Below, piece after piece: positions 13,616 to 28,600 of a DNA stretch of 64,000 bases (position 1 is the first letter of the stretch; each line of letters begins with the position of its first letter). Both the position numbers and the translations under genes were made by a program. The stretch is taken from the NCBI GenBank assembly GCA_951406725.2, contig OX597832.1, forward strand, positions 45,694,001-45,758,000. The letters run 5' to 3'. Below the pieces are notes generated by a model, which saw nothing but the letters and a program-made list of their open reading frames with translations, did no database searches and was not told the origin of the DNA. This stretch comes from Octopus vulgaris (taxonomy: Eukaryota).

Positions 13616-14257
13616 GCATGTATGTACGTATGTATGTGCGTATGTATTGTATTAGTAGAGACAAAACTTTATTAACTTTATTACCATATATACATATATG
13701 TATATAAGTATATATGGATATAAAAATACCCACACTAAGATATATATATATATATATTTATACAAACAAACTATTTCTCACGAATACATATACAGTAGAG
13801 ATGTATAAAACACACAATCACACACTCAAACACTCATATATACATACACATACACATACACATACACACACGTGTGTATGAGTGTGTTCGTGTGAATGGC
13901 GTATTTCGAATGCCAACCTATAAGCAACAGGAGGGAAATCGATGAGCGACAATCTACAGACGGTATTCGATTGAGAAAAGCAATTGGAAGTCACATAAAT
14001 CGAACTCCCTCGTTATCTCCCTTCGTCTCTTAAAAAATAACCTTGATGACAAGGAAAATGTCAGGACCATTATGAGTACCAAACTGAAGAACTGACACAT
14101 TAGGAATTGAAAGATGAAGAGGAATAAGATCCCGCCACCCACAAAGAAGAATTATTGGAAGAAAAACGTATAAAGACCTGAAGATTTTAAAGTATTTGAT
14201 TTTAAAGACTATGAGTATCACCAGGATGATGGATGCACCGAACCGTATCAATATATA

Positions 14258-14337
<80 letters not shown>

Positions 14338-14432
14338 GTGTGTGTGCTTGTGTGTGTGTATGAGTGTGTTTCCCTCATATATATGTACATGCATATGTAA
14401 AATAAATTTGCAGCTATATTGCACACACATTC

Positions 14433-14478
<46 letters not shown>

Positions 14479-14547
14479 ATCTATTTATCTATCTATCTAT
14501 CAATCTATGTATCTATGTATCTATATCTACATCTATATCTATATCTA

Positions 14548-14638
<91 letters not shown>

Positions 14639-15645
14639 ATATCTGTCTATCCATCTATATATATATATATATATATATACATAAGAATAATGGTAGTAAT
14701 AATAATAGTAATAATAATAGTAATAATAATAGTAATAATAATATTCATATGAACAATAATTTTATTTGTAGTAGTAGTAGTTGTTGTTGTCGAAGAAGAA
14801 GAAAAAGAAGAAGAAGAAGAAGAAGAAGAAGAAGAAGAAGAAGAAGAAGAAAACAATAACAGTAGCAGCAGTAGTTATAGTAGTAGTCATCGTCGTTGCA
14901 GTAGCAGCAAATAATTATGGAAGCCACGAGGTGAACATTAAGAGTATAAAAAAACGAAGGAAAATAAAAAAAGAAATCAACATGCATTTAACGAGATAAC
15001 AGCTTACAACAACGCTTGCAACAACAAGATGGAGGTGTTGATGGTGCCGATGGTGGGAGTGATGGTGGGAGTGCTTATGGGGGCAGCGGGTGGGGGAGGA
15101 ACATTACTTCATAAATAGCTCTAAGATATGTCGACATGTTTCTGTGCTTCAAGAAATGTCTGAAGGAGAAGAAGGAAGCAGCACAGAGATATAAAAGCAA
15201 AGAAGATGGAGAGTCGAAAAAAAAAAAAAAAAAAAAGGCGCCAAAATAGTGAAAAAAAAAAAAAAAATCCCCAAACAAACAGACAAAATGGAAGACGTTT
15301 TCTAAAACGTTTCATATTAGAAATTCAGTTAGGAGGTAAATATATATTGGATTTGGCAAATTGAGTCAGAGGGAAATGTGTGAGAAGCTAATATTGTAGG
15401 TTGCTTGGTAAGAATTTTTTTTTTCTTTTTCAACTTTACAGAATTATAAGCAGTTATAAGTAAATAAACCATTCGAGATATTAATACTTGTCAGTCAGTG
15501 GAAATACCTACCTGTTTATGCTTCATACTCTAACTGCTCTCTCTGTCTATATATACATACATACATATACATACTCTCTCACTCCGTCTCTCTCTCACGC
15601 ACACATACACACACACACGTACATGCATGCATATATTTTTTGATG

Positions 15646-15691
<46 letters not shown>

Positions 15692-16011
15692 GGGGGGTGT
15701 ATACTTCTATATATACACTTTTCAACCTTTCTACGTGTCTCCACCTTTCAGTACATAAATATGAACCCGCGCACACGCGTGTGCCCACCCACACGCGTGT
15801 GCCCACCCACACAGTCACAGATATATATGTATGCGTGTGTGTATGTGTATGTATGATCAACATATATATATATATATATATATACATATATGTACATAAT
15901 CTATCTATCTATCTATCTATCTAACTCTCTCTTTATATATATATATATATATATATGAATATATATGTGTATATATGGTTATACAAATGTGTACGTATAT
16001 ATTTATGCATT

Positions 16012-16042
<31 letters not shown>

Positions 16043-16690
16043 GTATGTGTGTGTGTGTGTATATATGTATGTATACTCAGGGGCACATGCACCCACCCAC
16101 ATATTCATTTCTCGTATAATATCTTATTTCTATCGCTTAAGCAGGCATTATCCTTTTTATTTCTACTAAAATGTTAAGGCTCTTAAAACTAATAAAGTGC
16201 AGGAATCCAGTGCATATGCATAATATCATCAATAAGTATGTTCACCCTTAACACTCAAACGCTTCTTTGAGATATCCCAGTTCTTCCAATATTAATAGAA
16301 ATATCTATACTAAAATCCTTTTTAATCCACACATTAAAAGTTATCTATGCAGAAGAATTCCTAATAGGGCGTAATCACACAAAGTTACGCTGTAATAAAA
16401 TATCTTAAGGTGGATCTGTTATGAAATATATATAGTCTCCGGTTTTACACTCCATGTAGTTAAACATTTTGTTTCCGATCAAGAAGAATGAGATTCGTTT
16501 CCAGGTCTCGGCATACTGAGAAAGTTTAAACGCACCGTTTCTAGCTCTTTAGCCATCATCAATGGGAAACTCCTAATGGAGATAACACTGGGCAGATTTG
16601 TACCCGTAGATTTAACAAAAAATACAGTCGACAACATTTACCGGGCTTGGATATTAGACCGCCGGGTCGGGAGAAAGTCAACTGTACCAG

Positions 16691-16808
<118 letters not shown>

Positions 16809-16896
16809 CTTACACAACTATGTATATATGTATGTATATAATTATGTATTTATGTACGTACGTATGTATGCATGTATGTATGTATGTATGTATGTA

Positions 16897-16965
<69 letters not shown>

Positions 16966-17218
16966 CTATATATATATATATAAGGGACTTTCTCCTGCTG
17001 TTACACGACAGTTTACGCGTTCTGCATTGTCTTGCCGAACAACCATGATGATTTGTAAATAGTGATAAAATATTTGTGTTGCACCTAAGTTCCCTCCATT
17101 CATCAAATGGATACTGCTTGTGGAGGTTCACAAGTGTACCATACGTTAGGTATCGGAATGATCGCAGAGCCCTATAGGCAAAATTTATATATATATGAAA
17201 GAACTATATAACAAGGGC

Positions 17219-17308
<90 letters not shown>

Positions 17309-17309
<1 letters not shown>

Positions 17310-17537
17310 AGTTCATTAAAATTTAGATTCAGATGAATATGGTACTTAAGTTGAATGCACCAGAATTTAGTATGGTATTATCCATATAATTTAAAATAAG
17401 GTGATTATAATCAAAATAAGCAACAAGTATATCCGGAGGTAATGCAGTACGATCGTTTCATGCGACTCCATTTAATTGAACAATGCAAACATTACATCAA
17501 TTTAAATTCTATATTTTTATGCAGCTGAAGATTGCTC
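17309..17537. mobile_element. Penelope-like inverted terminal fragment (family P2) with split hammerhead halves
   Basis: + strand ATGCAG-CTGAAGA-TTGCTC at 17519-17537; - strand GCA-T-GAAA-CGATCG-TA-CTGCAT at 17442-17463; start resembles 11789-11825; embedded in TA/TG repeats. Confidence 0.55.
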
Positions 17538-17595
<58 letters not shown>

Positions 17596-17644
17596 TATAT
17601 ATATATATATGTATATAATATTTATATATATAGGTGTGTATATA

Positions 17645-17685
<41 letters not shown>

Positions 17686-18175
17686 GACGGGTTTCTTAGA
17701 GTTCCCGTCTATCAAATCCAATCGCAAGGTCTTGGTCGCTCCAAGAATATAAAAAAAATTGTGGATCAGAGAGCATTGCCATGTTACCGGCAAAATGTCT
17801 TACATCGATTAAATTTACTAATGACTTCGCTTTCACTCTTTAAGCCTACCGATGTCAGCTTTACCTTTTCGTTTTTCTGGAGTCGACTAAATAGGTACTA
17901 GTAAAGCACTGCGAGCGATGTATTCGTCTAATGTTCCTCCGCACCACAAAACAAAACGAGAAATATGTGGATTTGTGCCACGGCCAGAACATGAAATTGA
18001 GAGTGTTTTAACATAGAAAAAATTAGTGTTAGTACCGTGTTCTGTTATATAGATGGCAGTATTTAGTTACGTATTTTTTCTCTTTGAGTTCATATCGCGC
18101 CAAGATGGAGTTGGCTTTCAGTTTTCTAGCTTAGATAAAATTCTGGTCTAAATAAGCTAGGAGTCCCTAGCTAAT

Positions 18176-19555
18176 CAGGGAGTCGATTAACGCGTTGCCA
18201 AGTTTACGCAGTTTAGTAATTCTAACGTGTTTTTATTCAACACGACGAAAACTTTTTATACAAGAGGCTGAATAAAATTATATTAAAAATGAAATCACGA
18301 TTTTAAATTTAAAAATTTTTAACTCTTTTAATATTTAAATTTTAAGTGTGCGTATTCTGTTACTATAGCGACGACTGGTAGCCGGCGGCAGAAGTCCTCA
18401 TTCTTTCAGGTTTTCTCCATTCTCATCGAGACGTCACTTACGTTTTCTTCTTATTTGCAATGTTTTAATGACCTCACTAACATTAACGAAGAATAAAAGG
18501 GGGAAAAAATAATAAAGGCGAGGATGACTGAATTAAAAAGGCTTTTGCTTCAGCAAAGAAACTCGAAATAATTAAAATTTATGATAACGGTGTTAGAAAG
18601 CCAGAAAACACTTGTTCGTTTGGATTGAATGAAGCGACAGTACACAAAGCTTTTACATGTTGAAGATTACAAGGAAGAAGGATTGATGACTTCACTTTCG
18701 ATGGCAATGCAATTAACTCGAAAGCTTTCAGCCTGTTCTTTACTTTGAAAGGAGACAATAAACAAACAGAAAAAAATGATAGGTAGCTCTTGGTGGTTTA
18801 AACATTCAAAAAGCGGACCAGATTACATTCTGTAAAAATTCAAGATGAATTCCGCCTGCGTTGATAAAGAAGCTACAAAAAAATTTAGAATAAAATTTCA
18901 AAGGCTTATCGAAGAAGGCCATGGTGACCGGCAAATCTTCGATGTTGATGAGATTGGTTTCTTTTGGAGGCGTATGCACATAAAAAAATGGCTTATTAAA
19001 GAAAAAATACTACTCCTGACAAAACGTGTAAAAAGACAAAATTACAATGTAAATGGGAGATGCCGATGGTAATTTGAAACTTAGGCCAATGGTAATTACA
19101 CAAATTTTAAGAGTACTCAGAAGCTACTGCATGCAGCATTGTTGGCAATTTGGCGATCAAATAAAGCGTGAGTGATGAAGTCACTTTTCGAAAATAATCT
19201 TGTTTCTTTTAAAGCTTTGTCGCTTTTGGATAACGCTCCCAGCATTCATCCTATTATAAGTGACTTGTGCAAAAATGAGAATATCGTGGTTTTACTCCTT
19301 AATACGAAATCCCTTTTTATAGCCTATGAATCGCGCGGAAATTGCAACGCTCAAAATTGTCGGAAGAACAAGCAATGGAGAAGCTTATTTGAGAGGGGAT
19401 AACGTGGGTTCTTTGGTTGAGCTGTGGAGGAAATTCAGCATTTGAAATACAGTTAAAAACATTCGAGTGCCATGGCGGCGAACGATGTAGAGTAGCATGG
19501 TTGTCGTGTAGGAAGAACTTTTGATGTACTTTGCGAAATATTTACAAGGATTTAC
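18176..19555 (+). pseudogene. Tigger/pogo-family DDE transposase relic
   Basis: Fragments QIFDVDEIGFFWRRM (cf. QIFNVDETGLFWKRMP), KALSLLDNAPSIHP (cf. LLLLDNAPGHP), [17 protein letters not shown]; multiple stops and frameshifts; possible TIR remnant CAGGGAGTCGATTAACGCG at 18176. Confidence 0.85.
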
Positions 19556-19580
19556 ACCGCACACACACACATATGTATAC

Positions 19581-19867
<287 letters not shown>

Positions 19868-20087
19868 ATTTAAAAAAAAATTTTAGCACTCAGGTAACAC
19901 TATTTCATTCATCACTGCACATTAAAAAAGGGTTAATTTACCGTGTTCAATTAAGGGGTTTTTGAACAAGTAATTTCAAACAGGGGTTTATTTATCGACA
20001 ACGCTCCGCAGCCATCACATCTTTGCCCTTGCGCCATATATTTTGAAATCACATTCACTACATATTCCTCTGCTGCTGCTGCCAAAA

Positions 20088-20662
<575 letters not shown>

Positions 20663-21119
20663 GCCGCTGCTGCTCTCATCATCCAGTCTTCTACCCCATC
20701 AATGTCATCTCGCTAATAACATGACCAATAATGATGATACCCTCTCCCAAAATAACAATAACAACAAAAAAAAACATCTAAAGAAAATATATACACACAC
20801 AAAAAAAAAAGATTTAAACATTTGTTTAAACAAGATAAAAACAAGTCAACCTTAATTACTTGTTGCTCTTGATTAGATCTTAGATTCATTTCGTGATTAC
20901 CAAATTGCATGATTCTTCCTCCTCTTCTTCCTCTTTCAGTTCTCTTCTACATTCCACCACTGTCATTACGCTTTTGGATATCTCTTTCAATGTTTTTTTT
21001 TGTTTTTTTTTTTTGTATTTTCTTTTCTTTTCTTTCTGCTTTTCTTTTTGTTTTTTTGCTTTTATGCTCTCATCATAAAAAATAAATAAATAATTGGCAT
21101 CACCGTGATGAACGACATC

Positions 21120-21590
21120 ATCATCACCACCAACACCACCACCACCACCACCACCACCACCACCACCACCACCACCACCACCACCACCACCACCACCACC
21201 ACCACCACCATCACTACCATCATTACCACCACCACGACCATCACCACGACCATCACCATCACCACCACCACCATCACGACCACCGTCACCACCATCACCG
21301 TCACCATCACCACCACCACCACCACCTCCATCACCATCACAACCACCATCACCACCACCACCACCACCACTACCACCAACACGACCACGACCACCGCCCC
21401 CCCATCACCACCTTCGCCATCAACACCACCATCGCCATCACCACTATCACCACCACCACCACCACCACCACCACCACCACCACCACTACCACCACTACCA
21501 GCAACAACAACAGCAACATCACCACCACCACCAGCAACAACAACGCTACCACCACCCTCACCACCACTCTCACCACCACCATTTTCAACA
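21120..21590. repeat. (ACC)n-derived imperfect microsatellite
   Basis: Read directly; source of the poly-T/P/G/V pseudo-ORFs. Confidence 0.95.
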
Positions 21591-21879
21591 TCCCTGCCAT
21601 CGTCGTCTTTGCTACAGTGGTCGCTTTTGCTCTTCCATGATGGACGTTGTAACAATGACATATGTGATGCTAGATAGAATTATAACGTGGCGATATCATC
21701 GACTTTTGCCTGTCGTGGAAGTGGTTATTGGCTTCCAGCACCGTTCGTGACAGACGTTCTGCTATGTCAGTACAAGAGTGAGTTAATAGGAAATGCAGTT
21801 TTGTGCTGCCATGTTGTTAATAGTATTGTTGTTGTTCCTGCTATTGTTGTTGTTTAGTGGTATCTCTTAGTAGCGTGAT

Positions 21880-22830
21880 TATTATGGACTTGAGGACCAG
21901 TATGTGCAATGATGCATCAATTTATATGCACGTTACCAAAATGGCAGCAAAGTGCAGTCAACTGACAGGATGGATACTGAGGTCGTTCAAGACAAGAGAT
22001 CAAGAAATTATGTTGAACCTCTGGAGAACCTTTGTTCTCAGCCGCCTGGATTACTATTCTCCCAGTTATTCCACCACACGGAGCCAAATTAACAGCGGAG
22101 CTTGAAGCTGTCCGACGCCACTACTCTAAAAAAATTGAAACAGCGAAACGGATGAGTTACCGGGACAGGCTGAGAAAACTGCAACTTTACTCCCTGGTGC
22201 GAAGGCGTGAGAGATATGCAAAAAATAATTGGCATCACCGTGATGAACGACATCACCACCGCCCCCACCACCACCACAACCACCATCACCACCATCATTA
22301 CCACCACCACCACCACCACTATCACCTCCACCACCACCAACACCATCATCACTACCATTACCATCACCTCCACCACCACCACTACCACCACCACCACCAC
22401 CACCACCACCACCACCACCACCACCACCACCACCACCACCACCACCATCACCACCATCATGACCACTACCACCGCCATTACCACCCCCAGCACCACCTCC
22501 ACCACCATCACCACTACCACCAAAGCGAAATTCTAATTTCGGCATTGGGTGTTATACAAATGCCAGAACTGGCCGCCGTTGTATTGTACCAAAAGTACTA
22601 TTCCACTCCATCTAAATTCAGTACCGGGTATTGCAATAGTCTGGGGATCAAAGACCCACATCTCTTCAATGCTTTGCTACAAATATTAAGAAATCTGCAT
22701 AAGGTGGAGGTAGGTTTTTCAAAAAGGAGCTACACATCCTTCTCTCCACAATACCAGATGAACCAAAAACCCCGGTATAAGGTACAGACGAAAGCAGCGG
22801 AATCGAACTCTCTTATACACCAAATGTACC
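21880..22830 (+). pseudogene. CR1-clade LINE ORF2 C-terminal relic, interrupted at 22221-22520
   Basis: GWILRSFKTRDQEIMLNLWRTFVLSRLDYYSP, LEAVRRHYSKKI...SYRDRLRKLQLYSLVRRRERY, YCNSLGIKDPHLFNAL...LRNL and AAESNSL are typical CR1-type C-terminal motifs; frameshifted. Confidence 0.85.
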
Positions 22831-22837
22831 AACAGCT

Positions 22838-22943
22838 AGGACAAAGGCACATACAGGACAAAGGCACATACAGGACAAAGGCACATACAGGACAAAGGCA
22901 CATACAGGACAAAGGCACATACAGGACAAAGGCACATACAGGA
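22838..22943 (+). repeat. 17-bp minisatellite (AGGACAAAGGCACATAC) x6
   Basis: Six perfect copies plus 4 bp, right after the CR1 coding relic. Confidence 0.96.
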
Positions 22944-23748
22944 GTTGCTTTTGCATGTTTGCAAACTGTATAGATACTCCCTCGTTCGCTATTTAGTGGT
23001 GGTCATGGTGACGGCGGTGGATGCAGAATTACAGAGGTCACCTTTAACAACCAGTGAGGGATTTACGAGGAATCCTTCTAGATTACAGCACATGCCGACA
23101 TATGTGGGAAAAAAGGTTACAAATCATTACGTAGCGTTCGTGCCAAACTGATTTCTCGGTGTTGTTGAAAGGATTTTATTAGTGACATGTAAACTTTACA
23201 AATTAAAGCTCTCAGCTATTGCCAAAGGACCTTTGTTAAAATAAAACAAAAATTAAAATACACATCATTGAAATAAAATGCAGTAATATAAAATACAGTA
23301 AAATAAAGAAGTAAGGCTTTGCTTTTCTCAATTTAGTTTCGTAAAATCCTCTCATTTTGTGAGGATTTTTTTTCATTTCGAATACAACCTATAATTTCTT
23401 AATTAGATATGAAGTTCCTGTTATGTTGGTCTAATTTACAAATATTATAGGAGAAATGTGTGTAGGTGTGTGTGTGTGCGCGTGTGTGTTTTCGCGAGTG
23501 CATATGTTTGTGAATCCGTGTGTGTGTTTGTGCGAATGTATATATTTGCGCATGTGTGTGTGTGAAACGAAGAGTGTGTGTCTTTTTGGGAGACAGAGAG
23601 AGAGAGGTGGGAATGTAGAAAACTAGGGAAAGTGGGTGTTGGAGAGAAGGGAAACAAGGATAACAACTGATAGTAACAACTATGGCAAGCATAATGATGG
23701 TGGCAGTCGTGATGGTGATGAGGATAACAACATCAACAACAGTTACAG

Positions 23749-23749
23749 C

Positions 23750-23814
<65 letters not shown>

Positions 23815-23828
23815 TCATAATAAAAATC

Positions 23829-23864
<36 letters not shown>

Positions 23865-23946
23865 TCATAATAAAAATAATAACAATAATAATAATAATAA
23901 TAATAATATTAACAATAAAAATCATAATAAAAATAATAACAATAAA

Positions 23947-23981
<35 letters not shown>

Positions 23982-24015
23982 TCATAATAAAAATAATAAC
24001 AATAAAAATAATAAC

Positions 24016-24047
<32 letters not shown>

Positions 24048-24086
24048 TAATAATAATAACAATAAAATCATAATAAAAATAATAAC

Positions 24087-24142
<56 letters not shown>

Positions 24143-24230
24143 GTCATGATGGGTATACTGGGCTTCGTAAATTTTACCCCAGTGTCACTTTGATGGCATG
24201 CACTGCTCTCTCACTCAATAATAATAATAA

Positions 24231-24279
<49 letters not shown>

Positions 24280-24415
24280 TCATAATAAAAATCATAATAA
24301 AAATCATAATAATAATAATATTAATAATAATAATAAAAATCATAATAAAAATCATAATAAAAATCGTAATAATAATAATAATAATAATGATAATAATAAA
24401 AATCATAATAATAAT
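23749..24415. repeat. (AAT)n-derived tract with AAAATCATAAT variants, hosting a retro-insertion
   Basis: Read directly. Confidence 0.95.
24142..24216 (+). mobile_element. (AAT)n-tailed non-LTR 3' end, heavily 5'-truncated (75 bp)
   Basis: Nearly identical to the last 75 bp of 33730-34177, ending CTCTCTCACTC-(AAT)n; (AAT)n on both sides. Confidence 0.85.
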
Positions 24416-24637
24416 ATTTACAGCAGGCATAAACGTAATTTAGCAATGAAAGAAACAAAGATAGCAGGTTATAATAGCAATGATGATGATGAGAGTAATA
24501 ATGATAATAATATTGGGACAAAGTGTAGAAAAATAAACAAACAAATGTTCCCTCTTTGTAAGGGTAAATTACCTAGTATTTCTGGGTATTTCTAACGACA
24601 ATCCTTCGTTCGAAAAAGTATCGACTAATTTGTATCG

Positions 24638-24870
24638 TGTAGTAAAGATTATTTGCCAACATAACATGGAAGTCCTGGTTTAGGAATAATATTGCTAAAA
24701 CAATATTGTTTTGAACTGAGTTGGGGTGCTACATTCCCTTGTTCCAAAATGTAAGGACGCAGATAGTGTCGTTTAGCCAGCTGGAGACGATGACTCCTGG
24801 GGCTAAATTACAGCAACATTCGTCCTAAACCAGGACTGCCATGTTATGTTGGCAAACAATATTTACTACA
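24638..24870. mobile_element. Unclassified MITE-like inverted repeat with arms of about 55 bp
   Basis: TGTAGTAAAGATTATTTGCCAACATAACATGGAAGTCCTGGTTTAGGA vs TCCTAAACCAGGACTGCCATGTTATGTTGGCAAACAATATTTACTACA; no TSD at the immediate ends. Confidence 0.8.
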
Positions 24871-24947
24871 AAGTACTGTTGCTGAATATCTCTCGTGGAG
24901 AGATTAACAAATAGTAATTTTTAAATTTGTATCGTTCAATAATATTA

Positions 24948-25252
24948 GGATTTGAATAACTCACCTCTGGAAACATTGGTTTTTTCGTTCAACGTCCTTG
25001 AACGTCGTTTATTCAGGGACCTTTTGAAAAGGATGGGCTACTCGACCTGAAGAAAATCCCTACTGCCACCCATCCTCCACCTGATAGGTCAAGCGCTGTT
25101 TATCTTGATATGGGATCATCATGTCGTGCACATAGGGTTGTGATGCATATGCCTGGTGTGCCCTTTTCAGATTGGCAGTCACGATGGGGTATAGTGGGCT
25201 TCGTATATTTTACCCCAGTGTCACTTTGATGGTATGCGTTACTCTCTCACTC
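24948..25252 (+). mobile_element. (AAT)n-tailed non-LTR 3' end, older 5'-truncated copy
   Basis: Aligns to about 33882-34177; same CTCTCTCACTC end, followed by a decayed AAT/GAT tract. Confidence 0.85.
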
Positions 25253-25440
25253 AATGATGACTATGGTAATAAGGAAAATGATGGTGTTGAATATAATGTA
25301 TGAAGATATGATAATGATGATGATGACAAGGATGATGGCGATGATTCGCATGTTGACATGATTTGTTTATTTGTTAAAGAGCAATCCATGTTAAAATTAC
25401 AATTTAGATATGGTAACAACAACAACAACAACTTGTGTGC

Positions 25441-25617
25441 CAAGACGAAAGCAGCAAAAATCACATTCTATTGTCAAGGATGCTTGTAAATTCGCAAAAG
25501 AGCTGAGCATTGGCCATGAATTAGATGAAGAACCTGAAACCACTGGCACAAAACAAGCAAAGTGGATCAAGCAGACTGCAAAAAAGAACGGACAGAAACA
25601 AATTGAGGAGTGGTGGA
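25441..25617 (+). pseudogene. R4/Dong-type LINE ORF fragment (post-RT region)
   Basis: KSHSIVKDACKFAKEL...AKWIKQTAKKNGQKQIEEWW resembles the region preceding the WxxKPLHG motif of R4/Dong ORFs (from recall). Confidence 0.55.
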
Positions 25618-26272
25618 GCCACTCCTCTTTTGGCCTGTCATGTTTTTACAAGATGGCAACTTGATCTCACTCTACTCACGACTGAACGTGTTAAGAAAAA
25701 GGAAGTCCGCATTGGAAAACATATTCATAGTTGTCCACAAATGCGGAGTGTTTATCGATGAAACACTATTTGTCAGAAATCTACTTAATCAGGCCAAACC
25801 AAGTTCAAAACATAAACAGCAAAATGAAGAACAAAGAACTCGATAGAGCAACCGTAAAATAGCAACCGAAAAACCGCAAGCGAAAATAGCAATATTATAA
25901 CATAATCTATGAAGTATTACAGTATACCATTCCTATATGGATCTTTATTCATTAATATGAGGTTTACTAAAGTCCGTTAATTGGCTCTCAGAATGCTTTG
26001 GTTGTGAACAGGTTCCACTGAAGATTCAATGTAATTTGTATTGAAGGAAATGAGTAAAGTTATCTACTTTACGTTTTGTTGGAAGTTTTGTAGCAGGGAG
26101 AAGAGTGGTGCAATTTTAGCCGGAAGAACTGACTAAAATGTTCAAGCATCCACGAAAAACACTGATAAAATATAAGGAAAAAAAAGCGTTTGAACCTTAT
26201 AGGCTATTAGTCTACTAAAAAGAAATAGAATGAAAACAAGAGAATACGGATGAAAAACATCGCAAATTCTCA

Positions 26273-26328
<56 letters not shown>

Positions 26329-26339
26329 GTGTATGCGTG

Positions 26340-26388
<49 letters not shown>

Positions 26389-26699
26389 GTATATATGTTT
26401 TCGTAACTGATCTACAAGTAGTAACAGAAAACGTTAATAATATAGCAACGAGGCTTAGCCGGATAATAGGTTTTATAAAAACCCTTAAATTCTATACTCT
26501 ACTTGATGCATGCATACACAGATACATACGTACAAACAAACAAACAAACACACATACACACACACACGCACACACACACACATATGTATAGACACAAACA
26601 TACACACAAATATACATGTATATACACACATATATTGGTTTATGGCCATGGTTTATTCGTAACGGAACAGAAAAGACGATAAGCGAAAAGCAAAGGAAT

Positions 26700-27460
26700 T
26701 TGGGAAGCGACACACAAACCTCTCCATGGTATGCAGAGATTATAATATAGGTCTAGAGCATGACTTCTTACTTTTGGGGAAATAGAATGTTTATATATAA
26801 GGAGCAGAGAAAATTGATTATACAGTGAGTATAAGTAAATGTAGAAAAATAAAAAAAGATATTATTTTCCTCTCCTGGTGAAGAAGTATGAAGTATTCAG
26901 ATCAATACAAGAAAATTTTCAGTGTAATAGCCTGTCTCATTTGATTTCTGTGATATTCGTGAAGTGTTTTACATTGCTGCTGAAAATGGTAGCATGTAGG
27001 ATATATTACGAAAAGCAGGCAGCATAAAGTAAGTCATCTATTTATGGATCACTTAAAACCGCTCTCAAAAAATGGTGATCAAATAGAAAGTTAAGTGCAA
27101 ACACAACAATCATTTAGTGCAGGTTTAATAGAATAAGAGAAGATACAGATGGGAACTAATGAAATACGTTAGCGAAGATAGTCATGAAAGAGGTTAATGC
27201 AGAAGCTTTAAATAAAACGGAGCCACATAAGATAACGGAAACTCACAGGAAGTAAGCTTTATATAGAGATATTCTTGAAGGTAAAAATTATATCTTTATA
27301 TCTAAGTTCAACTCGGAAAGCAATGAAAATATATAGAATTATCTTTTTTACTCTAAAATTGCTTTTAGTAGATTCAGTATTCACTGTAAAGAGGAAAGAG
27401 TGGATATTTAAATTTTGAAGAATATATCGGAGGGAACTTAAAAAATAGTACGTGGGGCAC
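26700..27460 (+). pseudogene. Old R4/Dong-type reverse transcriptase core relic
   Basis: Manual translation: TNLSMVCRDY (cf. NLSMAWIDY), ENFQCNSLSHL (cf. GIFQGDSLSPL), KVSHLFMDHLK...DQIES*VQT...FS (cf. INHLLFMDDLK...QIDSLVxT...FS); colinear, with stops and frameshifts. Confidence 0.72.
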
Positions 27461-27475
27461 TATTGTAAATCTGCT

Positions 27476-27561
27476 ACTCTTTATTCTTTTATTCTTTTAC
27501 TTGTTTCAGTCATTTGACTGCGGCCATGCTGGAGCACCGCCTTTAGTCGAATCAAATCGAC
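27476..27561 (-). mobile_element. SINE family A, 3' terminal fragment
   Basis: CTTTTACTTGTTTCAGTCATTTGACTGCGGCCATGCTGGAGCACCGCCTTTAGTCGA matches 31921-31978 almost exactly. Confidence 0.88.
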
Positions 27562-27658
27562 TGTTGCTAATGTAAAAAGAAAATGGAATGGTGAAACTAT
27601 TTTTTCGTTTTCTGAAAAAGCAACGTTTTGGACTTATAAAACTTTTGCATAATAGCAA

Positions 27659-27743
<85 letters not shown>

Positions 27744-28227
27744 AGAATAATGGAGATAATAGGTGTTTTTTTTATTACTGCAATTTACAATAGATTAATT
27801 TGGATTCATTTGATGATAGATTATAGCATAATATATGCGACTATTGATTCCGAAGGTGTTATTGCAAGGACACGTACCGAGATAGACTATTCAGAATTAT
27901 GTATAAAAGCTATTCGCAGTAGATACTTGAATTACGAATATTATACGCATGTATCAGTTTAAGCCTGTTTTGCACGATTGTATTTCAAAATTACAAGAAA
28001 AACGAAACAAAACAACACAAAACCAATGACGTGAATTAAAAAATCTACAAGAAAGATAAACAGAGGGAAAGAGAGAGGGAGAGAGAGAGAGAGAGAGAAA
28101 GAAAGAGAGAGAAAAAGAAAAAAATAGTGAAAATAAAGAATGAAACAATATAAAATGTCTTTTGTTTTTTGATAATATACAATAAATTATAATCTTATTA
28201 ACAGCTCCTATCTCAAAAAGTATAGAA

Positions 28228-28600
<373 letters not shown>

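Noticed and set aside
22032-22973. 313-aa His-rich ORF as a host metal-binding protein
   Set aside because: It is a chance fusion of CR1 relic frames with an (ACC)n tract and a 17-bp minisatellite
24628-24936. 12-bp direct repeat AATTTGTATCGT as the TSD of the 24638 inverted repeat
   Set aside because: The second copy lies about 55 bp beyond the right arm, so it does not bound the element; AT-rich chance match is possible
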